From positions 1 to 64,000 of IMG/VR virus record IMGVR_UViG_3300031918_000730: a DNA stretch of 64,000 nucleotides; one strand, 5' to 3'. Positions 57,182 to 64,000 of this stretch are shown here, piece after piece; position 1 is the stretch's first letter, and each line of letters opens with the position of its first letter. The translations under genes and the position numbers were made by a program. The stretch comes from a virus. Below the pieces are notes generated by a model. It did not search any database. It saw nothing but the letters and a program-made list of their open reading frames with translations, and was not told where the DNA came from.

Positions 57182-58132
57182 ATGAAACTAAGACACCTAG
57201 TGGTTGACGTTGGTGGACTGTCCTACTGGAAGCTACACTCTCTCGCCAGCAAAATGAAGTGCGAACAACTCGGACTCCCTAAAGAAGCCATCCTAGCGAT
57301 GGAATCTGAAGGTGGATTTAAGGAGTGGATCTACGATGTCAAGATGGAAGTTCTTGATATGATCCAGAGCTTCAATCCAGATCTACTAACCCTTGCCTGC
57401 GACGGAAAGAACCTCTGGCGCAAGGACATTTATCCTGATTACAAGGATAATCGCAAGGCAAACAAGGCGAAAATCCCCATCGACTGGAATCTGTTCTATC
57501 AGACCAGAGACATGTTGATGAATGCATTCGCTGAGAATATGCCAGTCAAGACTGTCCTATTGGACCGGATCGAGGCTGACGATATTATTGCAGTATTGAC
57601 TGAGAAGCTACACGAAACTCAGGAAATCATTGCATTGTCGAATGACGCCGACTGGCATCAGTTGTTCAAGTACGAAGGATTCAGAGTCTTCAAGATCAAC
57701 GATCCAAGTCCAACTGCATATTTTAGCAGAGGCCCTGAGGGTAGAACTGAGATTACTGGAGTTGATCCGGTGAAACTCATTCAGATGAAGATTCTCACTG
57801 GTGATACCGGAGATAACATCCCCAACCTCAAGCCAAGACTTGGCGAGAAGACCGCAGAAAAAATCATCCTTGAGAGCAATGGAAACATTTACGCATATGC
57901 TCAGCGCGAAGGATTGCTTGCAGAGTTCGAACGTAACCAGAAGCTCATCAATTTGGACAGAATCCCACAGGAAATTAAGGATTCTATCTGGAATGCGTAC
58001 AATTCGAAGCCTGTTACCGAAGTTGATCATTTGCTGTTGATGGATTTCTATCCAGAAAACTACGATTTGATAACTCAAATGTCACATTTGCATATTTTCT
58101 CACATGCAAAAGTCAAAAATCTCGGCTGGTAA
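57182..58132 (+). CDS. rnh: 5'-3' exonuclease / RNase H (T4 rnh-like)
   Basis: WRKDIYPDYKDNR, EADDIIA, SNDADWHQL, GDTGDNIP. Confidence 0.9.
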   Translation: MKLRHLVVDVGGLSYWKLHSLASKMKCEQLGLPKEAILAMESEGGFKEWIYDVKMEVLDMIQSFNPDLLTLACDGKNLWRKDIYPDYKDNRKANKAKIPIDWNLFYQTRDMLMNAFAENMPVKTVLLDRIEADDIIAVLTEKLHETQEIIALSNDADWHQLFKYEGFRVFKINDPSPTAYFSRGPEGRTEITGVDPVKLIQMKILTGDTGDNIPNLKPRLGEKTAEKIILESNGNIYAYAQREGLLAEFERNQKLINLDRIPQEIKDSIWNAYNSKPVTEVDHLLLMDFYPENYDLITQMSHLHIFSHAKVKNLGW

Positions 58133-58138
58133 GGCCGC

Positions 58139-58144
58139 TAAATA
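58139..58144 (+). promoter_or_regulatory. Late-type promoter before nrdJ
   Basis: GCTAAATA in the intergenic gap. Confidence 0.5.
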
Positions 58145-58151
58145 AAAACCT

Positions 58152-60644
58152 GTGAAAGGACAATTAGTGACAATGGAGACTTTTTCAAATAATCAAGCAC
58201 TGGAGGCATCTGCTGAGTATTTCAGCGGAGATACCACTGCTTCATCTGTATTCGTAGGTAAATACGCACTTCGCAATAACGAAGAGTTGCTGGTCGAGAA
58301 GACCCCTGACGATATGCACCTCAGATTAGCTAGTGAGTTCGCGAAGGCCGAGTCGAAGCATACTGACGGAATGGGATTCGATGAAATTTACGCTCTCTTC
58401 GAAGGGTTTAAGTATATCATCCCTCAGGGTTCCCCGATGTCCGCCATCGGAAATCCATATTCCATCCAGTCAGCTTCGAACTGCTTCGTAATTCCATCAC
58501 CTGAAGATTCATATGGAGGCATTTTCCAAGCGGATCAGCAACAGGCGCAGATCATGAAGCGTCGTGGTGGCGTCGGAATGGACTTGTCTAAGATCAGACC
58601 TAAGGGCATTTCGACTTCCAATGCCGCAAAGACCACTGACGGAATTGCAGTATTCATGGATAGGTTCTCAAATACCTGCCGTGAAGTTGCACAGGGAGGC
58701 CGTCGAGGCGCTCTGATGTTGACTATTTCGGTTCATCACCCAGAGATTGCGACCTTCATCAACATCAAGAGGAATCAGACTCGCGTAACTGGAGCCAATA
58801 TCTCCATTCGAGTGACTGATGACTTCATGAAGGCAGTTCGCGAAGACTCGACGTATACTCAACAGTGGCCTATCGACTCTGCACATCCAAAGCTCAAGAA
58901 GGAAGTTCCGGCTAGGGAGATTTGGAATCAGATTGTTCACGCCGCATGGGAATCAGCAGAACCCGGAATCCTTTTCTGGGATAATGCACTGAACAATACC
59001 CCATCCGACATCTATACTGAGGAAGGTTTCGGTAGCACCTCAACCAATCCATGCGGAGAGATCGTACTTTCCCCGAATGACTCTTGTCGTTTGATGGCAT
59101 TGAATCTTTATTCATTGGTTAATGATAGATTCACTAAGGATGCTACTTTCGATTACGAGAAGTTGGCTGAGATCACCTATAAGGCTCAGCATTTGATGGA
59201 TTCCATGATCGACATTGAGATTGGACAGGTCGATAAGATCATTTCCAAGATCGAAAATGATCCAGAGGATGAATCGGTCAAGTCAATCGAATTGAATCTC
59301 TGGAAGGCCATTAAGAGTGCCGCACTCAAGGGTCGTCGCACTGGATTGGGTATCACTGGACTTGGAGATGCACTCGCCGCACTGAACATCCGCTACGGCT
59401 CCCCAGAGTCAGTGGAAGTTACAGAGGCCATCTACCGTACACTTGCAGTTAATGCATATCGTGCATCCATTGATATGGCTGAGACTCGTGGCGCATTCGA
59501 AGTATTTGACTTCGAGAAGGAAAAGGAACATCCTTTCTTGCTGAGAGTCATTCGTGAACTCGGACCTGAGTATCTGGAGAAGTGGAAGAAGTTCGGTCGT
59601 CGCAACATTGCATTGACCACTACTGCACCGACCGGATCAGTGTCGATGATGACCCAGACCACTTCTGGAATTGAGCCTGCATTCAATGTAAGCTACATTC
59701 GTCGTCGCAAGATCAATCCGGAAGATAAGAATGCAGTTGTTGCATATACTGACGCAACTGGAGACAAGTTCACCGAATACAAGATCTTCCACCATGCTTT
59801 CAAGGAATGGATGGAAGTTAACGGAAAAACCGAAGCCGACTACGAAGAGTCCCCTTACTATAAGGCGACTGCAAACGATGTCGACTGGAGGGCTTCTGTA
59901 GACATTCAGGCGGCGGCTCAGCGTTGGGTATGTCACTCTATCTCCAAGACCTGCAACCTTCCTGCAACCGCATCGGAAGACCTCGTGTCGCAGATCTACA
60001 TGGACGCTTGGGAGAAGGGATGCAAGGGCTTCACAGTCTACCGTGACGGATGCCGTTCTGGAATCCTAATCACCGAATCCAAGCCTGTCGAAGAGAAGAT
60101 TCAGTTTGCTGAAGTAGATGCACCTAAGCGCCCAGAGACTCTCGAATGTGAAGTATCGCATGTGAAGATCGACGGACAGCAGTGGGTAATCTTCCTTGGA
60201 CTTTTGGACGGTCGTCCATATGAAGTCTTCGGCGGAATTGCGGAGAATATCCAAATTCCTAAGAAGATTAAGCATGGTAAGATCTCGAAGGTAGGGAAGA
60301 AAGAAGGTAGAGGAATCTACGCATTCTCCCACGGCGAAGGTGAAGATAAGATCGTAGTTAAGGACATTGTGAAGGCGTTTGCAAATGTCAACTATGCATT
60401 CCACACCCTAGCGATCTCCGGATTGCTCCGTAGCGGAATGGGAGTCAAGTACGTTCTCGACATCTTCACTAAGGCAGACGAGGAAGCAGAAATCTACTCA
60501 TTCAACCGAGTAATTTCGAGAGTACTCAAGCACCATATCAAAGATGGTACTAAGTCTGGCGAGAAGTGCCCCAACTGCGGATCGGAAATGATCTTCACTG
60601 AGGGATGTAAGAGTTGCACTTGCGGATACAGTAAGTGCGGATAA
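58152..60644 (+). CDS. nrdJ: Class II (B12-dependent) ribonucleotide reductase; start could be 58152-58173
   Basis: SNCFV, RRGGVG, QGGRRGALM, TNPCGE, APTGSVS, TVYRDG, C-terminal CPNC..C.C..C; no nrdB adjacent. Confidence 0.9.
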   Translation: MKGQLVTMETFSNNQALEASAEYFSGDTTASSVFVGKYALRNNEELLVEKTPDDMHLRLASEFAKAESKHTDGMGFDEIYALFEGFKYIIPQGSPMSAIGNPYSIQSASNCFVIPSPEDSYGGIFQADQQQAQIMKRRGGVGMDLSKIRPKGISTSNAAKTTDGIAVFMDRFSNTCREVAQGGRRGALMLTISVHHPEIATFINIKRNQTRVTGANISIRVTDDFMKAVREDSTYTQQWPIDSAHPKLKKEVPAREIWNQIVHAAWESAEPGILFWDNALNNTPSDIYTEEGFGSTSTNPCGEIVLSPNDSCRLMALNLYSLVNDRFTKDATFDYEKLAEITYKAQHLMDSMIDIEIGQVDKIISKIENDPEDESVKSIELNLWKAIKSAALKGRRTGLGITGLGDALAALNIRYGSPESVEVTEAIYRTLAVNAYRASIDMAETRGAFEVFDFEKEKEHPFLLRVIRELGPEYLEKWKKFGRRNIALTTTAPTGSVSMMTQTTSGIEPAFNVSYIRRRKINPEDKNAVVAYTDATGDKFTEYKIFHHAFKEWMEVNGKTEADYEESPYYKATANDVDWRASVDIQAAAQRWVCHSISKTCNLPATASEDLVSQIYMDAWEKGCKGFTVYRDGCRSGILITESKPVEEKIQFAEVDAPKRPETLECEVSHVKIDGQQWVIFLGLLDGRPYEVFGGIAENIQIPKKIKHGKISKVGKKEGRGIYAFSHGEGEDKIVVKDIVKAFANVNYAFHTLAISGLLRSGMGVKYVLDIFTKADEEAEIYSFNRVISRVLKHHIKDGTKSGEKCPNCGSEMIFTEGCKSCTCGYSKCG

Positions 60645-60649
60645 ACAAG

Positions 60650-60673
60650 AGGCCCTCGAAAGAGGGCCTTTTT
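60650..60673 (+). terminator. Rho-independent terminator
   Basis: AGGCCCTC-GAAA-GAGGGCCT-TTTT. Confidence 0.9.
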
Positions 60674-60689
60674 CTAGAAAAGGTATTAC

Positions 60690-61034
60690 ATGTACGCTGA
60701 AATGATGAATAAATTCCCTGATCCAATAATATTCGGGGATGAGTTGCTACGGATATACTTGAAGGTCAATAAGGCAGAATGTACATTGCAGTATTACGAC
60801 CCAATCACCGGAGAGCCTACTGATGCATTAGTAAAGGGGACTCATTGGCAACTAATACATGAGGATATTCCTGCTAATTTTATCTATGCAGTATATGATT
60901 GCTTTACTGACCATTACTATGTACAGTACAATCTACACTATACTGATTTGACGAAGATCTCCAAGTACGCAGTGCGAGATCACGAGGTTATCAAATCACT
61001 CATGAGAACTCACATAGCTCACACTTACCAGTAA
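60690..61034 (+). CDS. Hypothetical protein
   Basis: 114 aa ORF, SD AAGGT, flanked by duplicated terminators. Confidence 0.6.
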   Translation: MYAEMMNKFPDPIIFGDELLRIYLKVNKAECTLQYYDPITGEPTDALVKGTHWQLIHEDIPANFIYAVYDCFTDHYYVQYNLHYTDLTKISKYAVRDHEVIKSLMRTHIAHTYQ

Positions 61035-61036
61035 TC

Positions 61037-61064
61037 AAGGCCCTCGAAAGAGGTCTTTATTTTT
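61037..61064 (+). terminator. Terminator, near-copy of the 60650 hairpin
   Basis: AAGGCCCTC-GAAA-GAGGTCTT then T-rich. Confidence 0.75.
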
Positions 61065-61066
61065 AC

Positions 61067-61072
61067 TAAATA
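61067..61072 (+). promoter_or_regulatory. Late promoter, leaderless spacing (gp4)
   Basis: 5 nt to ATG 61078; after a terminator. Confidence 0.75.
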
Positions 61073-61077
61073 TCAAT

Positions 61078-61575
61078 ATGTCGCGTCAATTTGAAGATCA
61101 AGATTTACCTCCGCAGAGGCCGAAAAGTGAAGGTGGATGGCATCAAGGTGTCTACAAGGTAGTAAATTACAAGAAGTATATGTCAACTAAGCCCCCTATC
61201 TTCAGATCGAGTTGGGAAGCTAATGTAATGTACTTATTTGATATGAATGAGTTTGTAGTTAAATGGGGTTCGGAAGTAATAGAAGTACCATATATCAACC
61301 CAATTGACGGTAAGGCTCATAGGTATTTCACTGACTTCTATGTAGAGTTTAAGAATAAGAATGGTGAGTATGTGAAGTGGGTGATTGAGGTGAAACCTGA
61401 ATCTAAGCTAAAGCCACCTAGACAGCAAAAGAGAACAAAGACATGGGCTTATCAGATGAATGAATATGTCATCAATACTGCCAAATGGAATGCGGCTAGA
61501 GCCTTTTGTAAACATAAGGGATGGGAATTCAAGATATTCACTGACGTAGAGATTAAAATGTTGGCAGGCCACTAG
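61078..61575 (+). CDS. gp4: Head completion nuclease (T4 gp4, TnsA-like)
   Basis: QG.Y...N.KKY, FRSSWE, WGSE...PY, HRYFTDF, IEVKP, INTAKW.AA. Confidence 0.92.
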   Translation: MSRQFEDQDLPPQRPKSEGGWHQGVYKVVNYKKYMSTKPPIFRSSWEANVMYLFDMNEFVVKWGSEVIEVPYINPIDGKAHRYFTDFYVEFKNKNGEYVKWVIEVKPESKLKPPRQQKRTKTWAYQMNEYVINTAKWNAARAFCKHKGWEFKIFTDVEIKMLAGH

Positions 61576-61582
61576 CGTAGGT

Positions 61583-61591
61583 TGCTATCAT
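61583..61591 (+). promoter_or_regulatory. Extended -10 TGCTATCAT (macrodomain, leadered)
   Basis: Motif match; leader carries hairpin GACTGC-CTAG-GCGGTC and SD AGGAG. Confidence 0.6.
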
Positions 61592-61645
61592 CAAGATAAG
61601 AAGTGGACTGCCTAGGCGGTCTTTAAGTTTTGATAGGAGATAAAG

Positions 61646-62137
61646 ATGGAGATCATTGAAGGTAATCTTCTCGACATCTCACACGGGATTGTGGTTCATC
61701 AAGTGAACTGTCAAGGTGTGATGGGTCGAGGCTTGGCGGCACAGTTAAGGGCTAGATACCCTATTGTTTTCAAGGAATACAATAAGCTGTGCAGGTCTAA
61801 GGTTGGATTAGAGATCGAGTTGCTCGGAAGTGTACAGTTAGTTCCAATTAAGGAGAATCCATCCTTGAGAGTTGCCAATATGTTCGGGCAGTTGACATTT
61901 GCAGGTCCGGGTGTACATACTGATTACGATGCAGTCAGTAAGGCATTAGAGAAGTTGGCTTTCATCAACACTAGAAAGTTACCTATCTACTTCCCTTATT
62001 TGCTAGGGTCTGATTTGGCAGGCGGTCACTGGCCTACTATCAAATCGATCATAGAAGAACATCACCCTAATTCTACCATCGTGGTTTTACCTGAGAAGGT
62101 TGAATCACTAGGCGATAACTGGGTAAACAAAATCTAA
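61646..62137 (+). CDS. Macrodomain (ADP-ribose processing) protein
   Basis: IEGNLL, HQVNCQGVMGRGLA, ANMFGQ, PYLLGSDLAGG.W. Confidence 0.88.
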   Translation: MEIIEGNLLDISHGIVVHQVNCQGVMGRGLAAQLRARYPIVFKEYNKLCRSKVGLEIELLGSVQLVPIKENPSLRVANMFGQLTFAGPGVHTDYDAVSKALEKLAFINTRKLPIYFPYLLGSDLAGGHWPTIKSIIEEHHPNSTIVVLPEKVESLGDNWVNKI

Positions 62138-62142
62138 ATGGA

Positions 62143-62168
62143 GGGGGATTCAATAGAATCCCTTTTTT
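62143..62168 (+). terminator. Rho-independent terminator
   Basis: GGGATTC-AATA-GAATCCC-TTTTTT. Confidence 0.8.
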
Positions 62169-62171
62169 GAT

Positions 62172-62588
62172 ATGGACCATACTAAGAAAACAACTTTCGC
62201 TGGATTCGTTAACATTGATAAGTCCAATAAGTATTGGATGGAAGGGCACTTCGAACACGGAGAAGACGCCCCTACACTATTCAGATTCAATACCAAGGAA
62301 GAGCGAGATACTGTTCAAGAGGTTGCCCAGTCGTATCTCGATAATTGGGGATGCGATGCGCTTGAACTTGTAATATTCGAAGCAAAGGCAAGACATGTGG
62401 TGACTTTGAAAAAAAGGACCGAGAGTGAAATCACATTAGCTAGGCAGAAATCTAAGAGTGATGCCGAAGCAAAGCGTGAACGCGCAGTCGCTGAAGTTGC
62501 TGTAGTGTCTCAGGTTGAGACAGGCACTCAACCAGACACCGCCCCTAAGAAGAGGGGTAGGAAACCCAAGACTAGTGCTACAATATAG
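62172..62588 (+). CDS. Hypothetical protein with C-terminal AT-hook-like KKRGRKPK
   Basis: 138 aa ORF. Confidence 0.55.
   Translation: MDHTKKTTFAGFVNIDKSNKYWMEGHFEHGEDAPTLFRFNTKEERDTVQEVAQSYLDNWGCDALELVIFEAKARHVVTLKKRTESEITLARQKSKSDAEAKRERAVAEVAVVSQVETGTQPDTAPKKRGRKPKTSATI
62576..62584 (+). promoter_or_regulatory. Extended -10 TGCTACAAT, leaderless spacing
   Basis: 6 nt to ATG 62591. Confidence 0.7.
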
Positions 62589-62590
62589 GC

Positions 62591-62917
62591 ATGAGCACAA
62601 AACTTAACCTGTCACAGCGCCTCTGGCTTATCGATTCTATCGGTAGCCTTCCATCAACCACTGAGAGAATCAAGGAAGCCGATGGATTCATCGCAATCCT
62701 TGCACCTAACGACGCCGAACTGAGTGTCGAAGGTTTGAATTTCACCGCAGACGAGAATGGTCTACAGTGGGATACTGCAGTTGAAGCCGAGAAGGTTCCT
62801 GCACTTGAAGTCGAAATCCCAGAGATCCTATACTCTGCACTGAAGGATAAATTTTCAGTTCAGATGAAAGATCCTACTGGACTTGACTTGGAAATGATCG
62901 ACCTACTCTCCCTGTAA
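62591..62917 (+). CDS. Hypothetical protein
   Basis: 108 aa ORF, TGCTACAAT 6 nt upstream. Confidence 0.6.
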   Translation: MSTKLNLSQRLWLIDSIGSLPSTTERIKEADGFIAILAPNDAELSVEGLNFTADENGLQWDTAVEAEKVPALEVEIPEILYSALKDKFSVQMKDPTGLDLEMIDLLSL

Positions 62918-62935
62918 TCAAAAGGGTCATCGAAC

Positions 62936-63655
62936 ATGATCGACTTTAATCTCTCAGTTAGATTGAGAATTGGTAATGAGGATTACGACGACGAGTCGAG
63001 TCCTTCATTCTTTTCTCGTAGAATGCAAGGAATTCGAAATATATTCGGGTCGATCAGGGATTTCATCGATTTCCTAAAGAATGATGACCCAATTAACTAC
63101 AGGTATACTTTCGAAGAGGGACATGATGCATACATGATCCTCTACGATAAGAACTACCCTGAAGGTTTCTACCATAACGCGAATAATAAGGCAGAGAGTT
63201 TCTATAAGTCCCACGACGTAAATGGAAATGTAATCGCCTCATTCGTAATGCCTGAAGTGTATATCCAGAATTCTATCCAGCGCATGGAAGGGATTCAGAT
63301 GACTCCGACTGATATTCTTCAGTCTACTTCGGTTGCCGAAATATACTTGACGAACTGCGATGAGTCTAACATAGACCCATACATTCCGTTGAGATTGTCT
63401 TTCGATCAGCACGGCGTAGGCACTGCTTGGTACGGTAGGCGCTCAAAGTTTGAGGCGATTCCGGGATACCTCGAAGAGAAGAATAAGGCATTTGAGGCTG
63501 AACAAGCGTGGATCGAAGAGTGGCTCGGAAATTACGTCGAAGAGGAGCCTGATCTTATTGATCTAATGGCAATTCAACGAGTGAATGAAATCAACAATGC
63601 AATACAGAGATCACAGACTCGAAAGGCTCGTCGTGTACAGCACAATCGAAACTAA
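62936..63655 (+). CDS. Hypothetical protein
   Basis: 239 aa ORF. Confidence 0.55.
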   Translation: MIDFNLSVRLRIGNEDYDDESSPSFFSRRMQGIRNIFGSIRDFIDFLKNDDPINYRYTFEEGHDAYMILYDKNYPEGFYHNANNKAESFYKSHDVNGNVIASFVMPEVYIQNSIQRMEGIQMTPTDILQSTSVAEIYLTNCDESNIDPYIPLRLSFDQHGVGTAWYGRRSKFEAIPGYLEEKNKAFEAEQAWIEEWLGNYVEEEPDLIDLMAIQRVNEINNAIQRSQTRKARRVQHNRN

Positions 63656-64000
63656 GTTACTTCTCAAGTTTTTCACAAACATTGATTCCGATGTTTATGC
63701 GGCTAGAGATGCAATGCCTACTTCACTATGGGCATTTCTAGAAGGTGGATATTCTCGCTCAGAACTCTCAATGAGAGATCGTTTCCTTGCAGTGTTCAAG
63801 GAGATGACAACCAGCGACGAAGAGTACATCACTCTACTAGATGACCTCATTGGAGACGAATACCAGTCAGAGGTATACTCCAAGGTAATGGACAAGGCAG
63901 AACAGTTCATGCGCAAGTGGGCTGTCGAGTATGGTCATTCCTCACTAAAGGACTCTGCAGTAGATAGACTTGCAATTGAGAACGTCTCAATCAGGGCGAC
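63633..64000 (+). CDS. thyX: Flavin-dependent thymidylate synthase (long ThyX type), 5' part only
   Basis: Not in ORF track. From GTG 63633: FFTNIDSDVYA..MP...GGYSRS..SMRDRF...KAEQFMRKWAVEYGHSSL..A...AIENVS. Confidence 0.8.
   Translation, partial: MYSTIETKLLLKFFTNIDSDVYAARDAMPTSLWAFLEGGYSRSELSMRDRFLAVFKEMTTSDEEYITLLDDLIGDEYQSEVYSKVMDKAEQFMRKWAVEYGHSSLKDSAVDRLAIENVSIRA

Noticed and set aside
1-64000. Stop-codon reassignment
   Set aside because: Core genes are full length in the standard code and end in TAA, TAG and TGA
1-64000. tRNA, tmRNA or rRNA genes
   Set aside because: Intergenic gaps are short, and no cloverleaf or T-loop context was seen by eye

Overview
This window is part of a large, divergent T4-like (T4 supergroup) myovirus genome in the standard genetic code. 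1-13.5 kb holds baseplate and tail-appendage genes, including a gp25 fused behind adhesin-like domains. 13.5-27.6 kb holds gp3, probable internal head proteins, the head module (gp20, an unlisted gp67-like ORF, gp21, gp22, gp23), a stand-alone capsid A-domain paralog and gp13. 27.6-34 kb holds a phage sigma70-family factor, uvsW and uvsY, followed by a ~550 bp non-coding gap. 34.5-64 kb holds replication, recombination and nucleotide genes: gp46, gp55, gp47, a glycosyltransferase, gp43, PTH2-like, uvsX, gp41, gp33, gp32, gp61, gp1, HNH, RuvC, an NTase, rnh, class II RNR, gp4, a macrodomain and the start of thyX. Five signals stand out. (1) Two promoter motifs, late nnTAAATA and a -35-less TGnTAnnAT, sit 5-7 nt in front of about 23 start codons, implying a largely leaderless transcriptome; there are two phage sigma factors that could read them. 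(2) A promoter-led, G-U-rich structured non-coding RNA on the minus strand runs into a G-tract and an AT-rich tract upstream of uvsY (candidate ncRNA or R-loop origin). (3) A mini-capsid protein consisting of the A-domain only lies behind a pre-late-type promoter. (4) Codon choice avoids CCWGG and GCWGC. (5) Hairpins tie the promoter to the start region of the polymerase and primase genes. All gene calls come from motif recognition by eye; no searches were run. No tRNA, rRNA or CRISPR array was seen.
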